Positions 39,401-48,961 of a stretch of 64,000 bases of DNA are shown here, piece after piece. A program made the translations under genes and the position numbers. Source of the DNA: Naegleria gruberi (taxonomy: Eukaryota); NCBI GenBank assembly GCA_000004985.1, contig GG738848.1; one strand, written 5' to 3'. Positions within the stretch are counted from its first letter, which is position 1, and every line of letters starts with the position of its first letter. The notes below the pieces were generated by a model. It saw nothing but the letters and a program-made list of their open reading frames with translations. It did no database searches and was not told the DNA's origin.

Positions 39401-41726
39401 AGTTTTGAATCATTCTAATCTCTTTTAACATGTATCTTGGGAAGAATTGTGGAATGCAAACATAATGTGCAACTGCCACATTATTATCAATTTGAATAGA
39501 GAAACTCACACCGAGACCAATTGCAACAGTCAAAATACTCAATGAAAAGCAAAAGATAAAGCCAAAGAAGTACATCAAAATGTTTGATCCCTTTGTTCTA
39601 TTGAGGGCGGATCTTATTTGCAACTCCTTCTTGATAATTGATGAACGATTTTCTACTCCATCAAACTCAGACGACTCTGAAACAGACTTTTCATCAAAGT
39701 TGAACTTGTTATTTTTCGATTCAACATTTGGCATGTATGGCAGGACCTTATTTCCTTTGACAACTGGTTTCTTGTGGGAAACTTTACGAGTTTCCTCATC
39801 CTCAATAGTTGCTGCCTCGTCATACATTTCATTGGCTCTTTCTTTGTCAAATTTAATTTCTTCCAAAAACTTGGCATATGTTCTTAAAACATTCTTATTG
39901 TTACCATAATTTGACATTAAATTGGTTAGCACAAGGGTACATTGTTTTGTGAGTGATGTGATTTGACTGTTCAATGAGTCAATCTTGTCTACGGATACTG
40001 ATTCACTCATCATTTCCTTCCAAAATGATTTGTGTAAAGAGCTGATAATAGCATGCTTCTTTTCAATTTTCTGAATGATATGTTTGACTTCTAATAGCTT
40101 TTTACCATCTTCTAGAGATATCTCCAACTCTTTTGTTCTGAGACTGATGGAAAATCTTTGAATCAGATTTGGTAAGTTTTTAGTGGCCTTCTCCAAAAGT
40201 TTCAATCCAGCACTTTGTTGACCTTCAATAAAGTTTCCTGTAATCACAGCAGCAATTACTAAAAGGTCAATATTCTGATAAGTTTTCTGACTAGCAACTC
40301 CTTTGATAAAGCATTTGGCCATTTCAATTTCTGTCAAATTACCAATTGATAAACCTTCCTTTGCAGTCTTGACACAAAATTTCAAGAAGAGAAACAATCT
40401 TCTAGTCTTTTTTGTTTCCTCAATTTCATGTAAAATGTTGAGCGCTTGTCTCTCAAGAATATACTTGGGATTAATAAAATCCAAATTGTCACTCTTAATT
40501 AGAGAATCAAGACCCTTCTCCAAGTGATCGAGAAATACTGCCTTGATATCTTTCATAATCATTCGAGTGTACATCTCTAATGAAATACTTCCAACTGCAA
40601 AGAAGACAATCATTACAAAGAAGGTTATTCCCATCAATCCTAAACCAAGTCCAAACTCATTCTCTTTGTTTACATAGACAGATACCACTCCACACAAGGA
40701 AGAACCAACTGCAGCACACATAAAACCAAAGTAAACTGAATTCTCCCATCTTGTATAGAATGGAATAAAGTACAGAAAAGATGCAGCAAGAATAAATCTT
40801 GTTAGAAAGTAATAAACTGCTTGAATGACAATGTAATCGTCTGAAACCAAGCATGTAAAAATGTAAAAACTTGTTGAAGCAAGAAAGTTGAAGAATAAAA
40901 AGTGCAAATCGTACGAAGCAAATGGTGTCTTACTTTTAGCATGTACATCCATCAATGTGTGGGTTCCAACAAATAATGAAAGTGGCACTGCAAACACTGA
41001 CATAATTCCAAGAACCATCATGGCAATATTACCACTTCCGTAACAATATACATCTGGGTATCTCTGTAAAACTTGATGTGGTGTCAAAGCTGGTGCAACA
41101 ATCACCGATGATGCATAGTTACAATCGAGGAAACCCAACAAGAGCCAACTAATTGGCATAGATAGTAGACACGTTGTTGCAATAATTATCTGCGTGGCAA
41201 TCTTTATCTTTGGCCAATATTTGCTCATTGTATAGACTGACCTATAGGCCAATGCCAAAGTAATAACCGAAACAATAAGAAACGCAAAGAAAACCGAAGC
41301 AATAATTAAGGCTGGTATATATGGAACATTTTCCAATCCAAATGTCATTGGATAATTGAGTGCTCTAGCTATCCATTTACCATATTCTCCATAGTTATAG
41401 TCTGGTTGTATTCCAATGAATAGTCCTATCCAAATAATGTACAAGTGCACGCACAACATGACGATTTTGTCTTTCCTTGAGATACATTCTGTCGAGTCGT
41501 GCAAACTCATCAACAAAGTTATCAGAGATTCTTCAACTTTTGCCATGAAGGTCATATTATTAAATTCAGTGTCCAAATCAGTTACTGAAACAACAGATTC
41601 AGAGCCAGAACCTGCAAACTTTGGTGGGCCTGCATTACTCCCCACCGAAAATCTTCTTGCACGTGTATCATATTGAGAGGGATTGCCCATACTGATGGCA
41701 TCGTCTGTAATGTTGAGATTATTCAT
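36477..41726 (-). CDS. Giant multi-pass membrane protein with C-terminal PAS domain and class III adenylate/guanylate cyclase catalytic domain
   Basis: 1749-aa ORF. Two blocks of about 6 TM helices with a large extracellular region between them. PAS: [30 protein letters not shown]. Cyclase: [12 protein letters not shown]...[14 protein letters not shown]...[36 protein letters not shown]. Confidence 0.9.
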   Translation of the reverse strand: [1749 protein letters not shown]

Positions 41727-43216
41727 AATGTTGTTTGATTTAGTTTTTTTTGATTAGTGACTGCAGTGTAAGAGCTCAATATTCATTATCGCCATCATTA
41801 AACTTCATTGTTGTACAACATTAGAATGGATGCAGTTTCGTATTTGTAAATATCTCTTTCTATCTAGCCAAGACCTATAGTTGAATATTAGTGGTTCAAT
41901 TATTCCATACGTACTTGGTGGTATGGCACATCTTGGAACCATCACTAGGAATCAGAGGTTGTAGAATAACAATCACTTCCGCTCATCAAACAACAATAAA
42001 CTTCAGACGAAATATTAGAGTGTGTTGTATCTTAAATTTGAGCGTTAATGAGGCATGATAGCACCAATTTAAAGTCATTTCTATGTCTCGTGATTTTAAT
42101 TTTCGCTTATTAAAACACACATCATTGAAAAGGTAACAGAAAAATCTAAATATGATGTTTGCTGGGGAGAACAAGTTGCTTGGCAAATAAAATTCTTTGA
42201 TACGTTGTATAAGCTGTTCCTTTGTTTAATCTCACCGTGAGATGATGTTGGATGAGAGCGAATAAGTAGATATTACATTCCTACTTTGATAGTGTAAATT
42301 CTCTCATGTGATTCTATCTCTTCTCTTAAAGGATGCGTGATTAGATTGTGGCCTCTTGGAATACCACTATGATGAAACATGAAGATAAAAATCTCTTGAA
42401 TTTTTTTGTTAATTGAATTTTACATTCGTGGTGATGTGGATTCTTATCATACGGAGCAAGATGAATAATTTATTATTGTTATTATTCTGTTAATTTTACT
42501 CCAAAGCATGATGGGGATCATGTGGATTTCAAAGCTTGTGTTTTTCTTGTTCAAAACAAGTTGAAGAAGGTATTAAAGACCAAACAAATGTCGTTAGACA
42601 ATACAAGCATCGAACAATCATCAATACCTTGAGGTGGTAGATTTGAATCTCCTAATAGTGGTTTGAGAAGATCATCGCCTTCCTACATTAATTTATATTG
42701 CAAACCTTCAACAGCATCCGAAAAGAAGAAGAATTTTACTAACAACAACATGGTGGTCGGACAATCGCTTCCTTTAAATTTCCTACCAGAGAAGTACCCA
42801 ACATCATTAAAATACACAACCATCCTCTGCCAATAACATCTTCCTTTCCAATAATTATTTCACTCTCCAAAATCTTCGAGGCCTCTGCTGTTTTATGTTG
42901 CATAGGAAAACACAGAAAATTTCCCATTTTCTTGCTCAAGCCATTTTTTTAAATTTTTTTAAATTTTTTTTTAGTAATTTTGCCCTTCAATCACTTTCAC
43001 AATTTTTGTAACGGAGTGTCAACTTTCTGAGAGTACCTTTCTAATAGTGGAAACAATAGCAAGAAATGGAAGAGGCGTGAAGTGTGATCTTGGAAATAGT
43101 CTGCTTAACGAATCACACAAAAAAACGTCTCTCAACAATTCGTTTCGTCTTGTTATTTAGCATTGCAGGATTTTATTCGAAATTTGTTCTTGTTGGAAAG
43201 GAGAACAATTTAATAG

Positions 43217-45406
43217 ATGGGTCAGCAACAATCAGGAGCTCGTGTCGATGACATGGTCATCCCTTCCACATCAAATTATTCAACTACAATACCCACAACT
43301 AACCTTTCGAATAATAATATTCGACAATTTTCAATACCACCAACTAACCTTGTACAATATTCCACTTCTCCTCCATCAAATTCTAATCCAACAACAACAT
43401 CATCTTCTCCTCCATCCATTGAAACTCTCTCACCACCATCAAAGAAAAAATTTATTACTCAACTCGTCAAGAGAATTAAAGCAACTTCACCAGTTCGTAA
43501 AAATCAACTTGTCGATGATCATTACATACCCAATTCGAATAGAAAAGCAGTAGCATCGAGTCCTACCTCTACTCCTGCTTGGTCAATTAATAAGAGATCA
43601 AATTCTATAGTGATGAATAATTCGAATGATGATTCACCACCTAATGAATTGATTATGGCATCTGCTAGGAGTATTTCCTCCTCACAATATGATCAATATT
43701 TGACAGAAAGTGGTGGAGTACCTCTTTCACCAGATGGTCAATATACATTTAGTTTTAGTTTAGAATCAATTTTGGAACAGAATGAGAATGAATTGAGTGT
43801 AATTAGATCATTTTTTGAACAGTATGGATTTGTGATTATTAGAAATGTTATTTCACAGGAGCAAATTGATAAAACAATTGAAGAAATTTGGTCAATTATT
43901 GAAGGAAAAGATGAGTCAACTGTGGAAGTGATGGAATCTTTGAAATCTTTCCATCAATCTGCGTTTATTCCTGCTAATAGAAATGATCCAACAACTTGGA
44001 AAGAAGAATGTGGTTGGCCATCGTTTTCACAAGTTGGAATTCTTGGTAATCAACCAGCTCTTGGAAGATGTGCCATGGAAAATCGTCAGAATGAAAACAT
44101 TTACAAGATTTTCAATTTTTTAATGGGCTGTAAGAATCCAATTTCCACACATTCGAGTACGAGTAGTGGTCTATTGCAACCTCATCAGAGAATTAGTTCA
44201 CTTTCGTTTTCTCCTCAATCTCCTTCTTCCATTTCACCAAATTCTCCTTCCTCTTTGAATTGTGCATCTGGTAGTTCCTGGAATGGAGGTCTCTCTCCTA
44301 GTAATCCACAACAACAAATGTATTCCCAATCGAAAAAGGAGCATTCGAGAAGGAATTTCAATCACAAATTGTGGTGCAGTTTTGAAACGTATGGAGTGAT
44401 GCGTCCAACGAAACAAGTTCTCATGAAAGATGGCAAGACAAGAAAGGATTTCCCTCAATACAAGACCAATGATAATTGGCTTCATTGGAGATTAAATCCA
44501 TGGAAGCTCTATAAGGAATATCAAGCATTGAAGAATAATGTTAAGAAATTTTCACAATCTCCACAGGGAAGTTGTGGCAATTGCTTTGCGTCTGATCATT
44601 CATATTATGATCAGGACTATTCCATTTATTCTGAGGGTTATTTCAATTCATCGAGTCCACTGAGTAGTAGTGTTACCATGCCAAGCGAAGGACAACAATT
44701 CTTGAATGGCAGCAGTGTCAATTCTCCTGGAGACTCGAAAACAAATCCAGAATCGAATGGACAAGCAAAGAAGAAACAATCATCCACTCCCTATGAGAAA
44801 TCTCTTCTCCAATTGAAAACCTGGACAGGAAGAAAGTTTTTACTGAACGAAGATTATGGATTATTCAAAGCTCTCTCTCAACAATCAAATGTAAATTATA
44901 ATTATGTCAATCCAAGAGTTGACTACATGGGATCTGAAGTTAAATTGCAAGGAATGATCAACTTGATTGATAGCAAGGAACAAGATGGAGGATTAATGCT
45001 CGTTCCTTGTTTTCACACTCAATTCCTTTCCTATGCAAAGGCCACTTTTAAAAAGTTTGCTGGAAAATCTGATCATTTGGACAATTTTGTAAAAGTTCCA
45101 CCAGGTTTCCACAATTTAGATTTGTACAAGATGGCCAAACCAATCTCCTTACCAGCTGGAGCAATTATTATTTGGGATTCCAGAATTCCAACTTGTACCT
45201 ATCAGAATGATTCAGACAAATTCCACATGGCTCAATATGTGAGAATGTTCAAATGTGAAAAGTATCTCGTACCATCATCAGAATCCAGTCCTAGAAATCC
45301 ATCACTTTTGGAAATGAGAAGACAATTAATTGAAAGATCAATGCCAAAAGATTTTGAAGTGACACCACTAGGAAAGAAACTCTTTGGATTGGATCGTCAA
45401 TGGTAG
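43217..45406 (+). CDS. PhyH-like (2OG-Fe(II) oxygenase superfamily) protein with long S/P/Q low-complexity insertions and an N-myristoylation-type N-terminus (MGQQQS)
   Basis: 729-aa ORF. N-terminal FEQYGFVIIRNVISQEQIDKTIEEI resembles the PhyH start. C-terminal GGLMLVPCFH...AGAIIIWDSRIP...NDSDKF resembles the PhyH strand motifs. Canonical His/Asp metal ligands were not confidently located. Confidence 0.4.
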   Translation: MGQQQSGARVDDMVIPSTSNYSTTIPTTNLSNNNIRQFSIPPTNLVQYSTSPPSNSNPTTTSSSPPSIETLSPPSKKKFITQLVKRIKATSPVRKNQLVDDHYIPNSNRKAVASSPTSTPAWSINKRSNSIVMNNSNDDSPPNELIMASARSISSSQYDQYLTESGGVPLSPDGQYTFSFSLESILEQNENELSVIRSFFEQYGFVIIRNVISQEQIDKTIEEIWSIIEGKDESTVEVMESLKSFHQSAFIPANRNDPTTWKEECGWPSFSQVGILGNQPALGRCAMENRQNENIYKIFNFLMGCKNPISTHSSTSSGLLQPHQRISSLSFSPQSPSSISPNSPSSLNCASGSSWNGGLSPSNPQQQMYSQSKKEHSRRNFNHKLWCSFETYGVMRPTKQVLMKDGKTRKDFPQYKTNDNWLHWRLNPWKLYKEYQALKNNVKKFSQSPQGSCGNCFASDHSYYDQDYSIYSEGYFNSSSPLSSSVTMPSEGQQFLNGSSVNSPGDSKTNPESNGQAKKKQSSTPYEKSLLQLKTWTGRKFLLNEDYGLFKALSQQSNVNYNYVNPRVDYMGSEVKLQGMINLIDSKEQDGGLMLVPCFHTQFLSYAKATFKKFAGKSDHLDNFVKVPPGFHNLDLYKMAKPISLPAGAIIIWDSRIPTCTYQNDSDKFHMAQYVRMFKCEKYLVPSSESSPRNPSLLEMRRQLIERSMPKDFEVTPLGKKLFGLDRQW

Positions 45407-45508
45407 AGAGAAATGAAATTTGAGCAATAAATTACTTTTATTGAAATCAATTTATTAGAATGTAGATTGAGAGCTTGCATTGAGTGGAAAGTCCAATATA
45501 TAGTTATT

Positions 45509-46669
45509 CTATTTCTTCTTTCTTACAAGTGCTCCAGGATGCGAAAGTGATGCCAATTTAACATTCAACACAATAAACACAATCAATCCAGCAAAAGCAA
45601 TCCAATTAAACGTAGCACTCGCTCTAATATTCTCAAATATGTAATGAGCCGAAACCACAACATTTAGCAAAGCAACCACAAATGGAAAATATTCAGCTGC
45701 TCTTTCTAATGAGAAACCATCCTCTCCTCCAAATATATTTGGAGTCAAATTGACTATTCCCATCACTAGGAAGAGAACGGCAGCTGTTCTTTGTAAATGT
45801 GAGCTACCACCTCCATATCCGTATAAATTATCCATATTTAGTTTACCTTCTCCTCCAAAATATAACAAGAATGAATTGATGAGAAATAAGAAACCTGTGG
45901 ACATGGTTGCAATTCTGTAATACTTTTTAGGTTCGTTTTCTTCCTTAGTAACGAATTTTCTGGTGTCCTTTGCAGCAGGAATGGTTTCGTCTGGACTTTC
46001 GATTAATTCGTCAACTTCTTCGTCAATGATTTCGTCTACAACTTCCTTCTTTCTTCTTCTTGGAGAAACTCTTTCAGAATGAAAACTATTTTCCAGAACC
46101 TTTTCCACATTCGAATCCTTTCTCTGTGGAGGCGAGACGATTCGTTTGCTACTATTCGAATGAGGATTCGTTTGCCTAATTCTCTGAGTTGCATCTTCAA
46201 CCAAATCTCTTTCATTCAAATATTGAAAAGAAGAAGAAGATTCGTATTCATCTTCAGTATTTTGTTCGAAAGTCGAAGTCGTTGGCTGTTGATATGAATG
46301 TTGTAAAGTTTCGGATGTTAAATCCATGACCTTTCGTATTTTCTCTTTCATTTCTTCTAGATTCGAATCAATTTCTTCAAGTGGTGCTTCAAGCTTGTCC
46401 AAAGTGTGATCAATTTTATCAATTGAGTTTTCTACATTTTCTTGATTGATCAAACTGCTTGTTTCCGTATCACCTTTAGTTTTGAGGTAAAACTTGTCAT
46501 TATTCGAATCTAATGAGAAACTTGGTCCAAACTTATCCTTTTCAATACTAAACAAGTCAATCGTAGTATTGGGAACGTTACTATTAATTGGTGTAATCAT
46601 TTTCTTTGCAATTTTTCTGTCTGAATAAAAAAGCAAATTTACAAAAATCTTGAAATGTAATATTTCCAT
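45509..46669 (-). CDS. Hypothetical 4-TM membrane protein with acidic/Ser-rich N-terminal region
   Basis: 386-aa ORF. C-terminal hydrophobic helices (FLFLINSFLLYFGG, AAVLFLVMGIVNL, FPFVVALLNVVVSAHYIF, WIAFAGLIVFIVLNV). The start ATG directly abuts the stop of the upstream gene (TAAATG). The alternative Met at about 46598 would give a 23-codon gap. Confidence 0.45.
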   Translation of the reverse strand: MEILHFKIFVNLLFYSDRKIAKKMITPINSNVPNTTIDLFSIEKDKFGPSFSLDSNNDKFYLKTKGDTETSSLINQENVENSIDKIDHTLDKLEAPLEEIDSNLEEMKEKIRKVMDLTSETLQHSYQQPTTSTFEQNTEDEYESSSSFQYLNERDLVEDATQRIRQTNPHSNSSKRIVSPPQRKDSNVEKVLENSFHSERVSPRRRKKEVVDEIIDEEVDELIESPDETIPAAKDTRKFVTKEENEPKKYYRIATMSTGFLFLINSFLLYFGGEGKLNMDNLYGYGGGSSHLQRTAAVLFLVMGIVNLTPNIFGGEDGFSLERAAEYFPFVVALLNVVVSAHYIFENIRASATFNWIAFAGLIVFIVLNVKLASLSHPGALVRKKK

Positions 46670-48793
46670 TTATGTCACATTAAAGATATGAACTTTTTTC
46701 TTGGAATAATCAGCAACGTAAAGCTCATTATTCACTTCATTCATACACATTCCATAAGGTCCTTGTAAATGTTCACTTTTGAAACTATGTAAATATCCGC
46801 CACTTTCGTCAAATAATTCGATTCTCTTATTGGACGAATCACAAATCAATAATTGTCTAGAAACCTTATCATACAACAGTCCTCTCACAAAATTGAATTC
46901 CCCAATTGAGCTACCACTCTTTCCAAATGAATATTTCAACTCGGCTTGATAATTATTCTTGAAATTGACTCCAGTTGCAAGTGGAGATTCTGGTGTGATG
47001 GAAAGTTTAAAGATTTGAATCTTATTCGAACCTGTTTCACTCACTATTAAATCACCATTCAGTGTCATGTCTATTCCCCATGGAGAGCTAAAGTTTATAC
47101 CACAAGTTGATTGATCGAGTCTGTGAATTGGTTGACCAGTTTGTGAATTCAACAAGTGAATGCAATTATTATTGTAATCACATACAAATAGCAGTTTGGA
47201 ATTTTTACAAAATGTCATTCCACTTGGATAGGAAATTATTCCACTTGATTGTTTCCATTCGTAAAATTGAGATTGTTTGTCAATGATTGAAATTTTCAAT
47301 AATTGTTCCAAATTGAACTTGTAAACTGAACGATCGTTGGATCCAATGAAGATGCTCGTTCTAGATGATGCAGAGGAAGGACTCTTTGGAGAGGAAACTG
47401 CATCACCTCTTATATCTTCCTCAATAATATACAAACAATGAGGTCTGAAGAAGGTCTTGATGGATCCTTTAAATTTCTTTGTTTTCAAATCGTAAACCAT
47501 TATTCTACTATTGAAATAGTCGCTCACTAAGAGAACATTTAAGAGGTGAGAGATTTTGACATCGTATGGATTGGAGAGATTGTTCTTTTCATTTTCTTGT
47601 TGTTCCAGAGAGTGAGAATAAGCGATTGTTCGAGGAATGACTCTTCTCTTCATGATATTCGAAACAGAAGAGAAATGCTCCAACTCTGTTCGAATTTCCT
47701 CGACAATTTCACTCAAATCCATGAGTTGATTCTCATATAAATCTGAAATGTCAGTAAACTGAAACAACAACTTGATTTTCTCAAATTCTTGAAGCGTTTT
47801 GTAATATTTTCGGTGTTTCCTTTCCAATAATTCATATCCTGACATGTCTGATAAACTAGCAAACTCCAAATACAACAATTTCACATCCTTCTTCAATGTT
47901 GCAATTTCTCTGACTATCATTTCGTATTCCAAACATTTCTTCTCAATGCTTTCGTTCAATTTCTCTTGTTTCTCCCTCACTACTCTTTGTACATTCTCAT
48001 AAAATTCATTCGATTGCTGTTTCATCCTCAATTTCATTTTAGAAATCTTGTTTAAATAGAATTGACATTGATCATTCGTCTTGTTTGGTTCCAAACCATG
48101 CATACTCTCCCATTCATTCACACTATTTTCCAATTCACTCAATTCTTGTGTCATTTTCAATTTTTCTTCAGCTTCTATATTCTCAATTAGGAAAATATCA
48201 TGTCCCTTATGCGAATCAACAGAACAAGCAGCACAAATTAATGATTGGCAAGTTTTGCAGACAGTATTGATAGCTACTGAGTGGAGAATACATTTGGGAG
48301 GTTTCTTTCGGGCAGAAAGTGGTGAGGGTTGATGCTGAGAGGGCGAAATTGTATTTAAACTCAAGGGAGAAACTAAACTATTCTGAACCGAATCATGAGG
48401 AAAGATGTGATGATGTGAGCACTTCTTTAAATGTGTTTTTGTATGGAATTTACATAGATACAAATCACATTCCTTGCAAAAACAAGTTGATTCTTGATAT
48501 TCTTCTGCTTTCTTCCAACATTTCGAACAAGGTTGAATTTTATAATAAACTCCATTCGAAACTAAAGATGACGGTGATGATTTAGGAGTTTTAGGTGAGG
48601 ATTCGGTACTGCCAACAAGAGAAGATGAGGTCGTGTTGCTACTAGCACCACTTGAGGAACGAGAATGAATCATGAACTTTTTTTTTATGAAGTTTTTATT
48701 AGAGTTGATTGTTGACATGTGTGTTGCATTTGGAAACAAGAAGAGAATGAGGAAACTTTCTTTCTTGAAACCATGTATGATTCGATTTTTCAA
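46670..48793 (-). CDS. B-box / coiled-coil / NHL-repeat protein (TRIM-NHL-like without an identifiable RING)
   Basis: 707-aa ORF. Two B-box-like Zn modules (CSKCWKK...CFCKECDLYLCKFH and CILHSVAINTVCKTCQSLICAACSVDSHKGHD), about 200 aa of coiled coil, and NHL-type repeats at the C-terminus (e.g. SNKRIELFDESGGYLHSF, GPYGMCMNEVNNELYVADYSKKKVHIFN). Confidence 0.7.
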   Translation of the reverse strand: MKNRIIHGFKKESFLILFLFPNATHMSTINSNKNFIKKKFMIHSRSSSGASSNTTSSSLVGSTESSPKTPKSSPSSLVSNGVYYKIQPCSKCWKKAEEYQESTCFCKECDLYLCKFHTKTHLKKCSHHHIFPHDSVQNSLVSPLSLNTISPSQHQPSPLSARKKPPKCILHSVAINTVCKTCQSLICAACSVDSHKGHDIFLIENIEAEEKLKMTQELSELENSVNEWESMHGLEPNKTNDQCQFYLNKISKMKLRMKQQSNEFYENVQRVVREKQEKLNESIEKKCLEYEMIVREIATLKKDVKLLYLEFASLSDMSGYELLERKHRKYYKTLQEFEKIKLLFQFTDISDLYENQLMDLSEIVEEIRTELEHFSSVSNIMKRRVIPRTIAYSHSLEQQENEKNNLSNPYDVKISHLLNVLLVSDYFNSRIMVYDLKTKKFKGSIKTFFRPHCLYIIEEDIRGDAVSSPKSPSSASSRTSIFIGSNDRSVYKFNLEQLLKISIIDKQSQFYEWKQSSGIISYPSGMTFCKNSKLLFVCDYNNNCIHLLNSQTGQPIHRLDQSTCGINFSSPWGIDMTLNGDLIVSETGSNKIQIFKLSITPESPLATGVNFKNNYQAELKYSFGKSGSSIGEFNFVRGLLYDKVSRQLLICDSSNKRIELFDESGGYLHSFKSEHLQGPYGMCMNEVNNELYVADYSKKKVHIFNVT

Positions 48794-48961
48794 TCAACTT
48801 GTGGTTGTCCATGTGCAATACTGTTTATTGATGGATTTAAATAGTGTTTTATTATAAAGAAAGAGTTTATACAAGCAACTTGACACCAATAGTAGAGGAT
48901 GGCCATGGATGATGGTGTGAAATCATCCATTCACACTTCTTCAAATAAATATTCGAATCTC

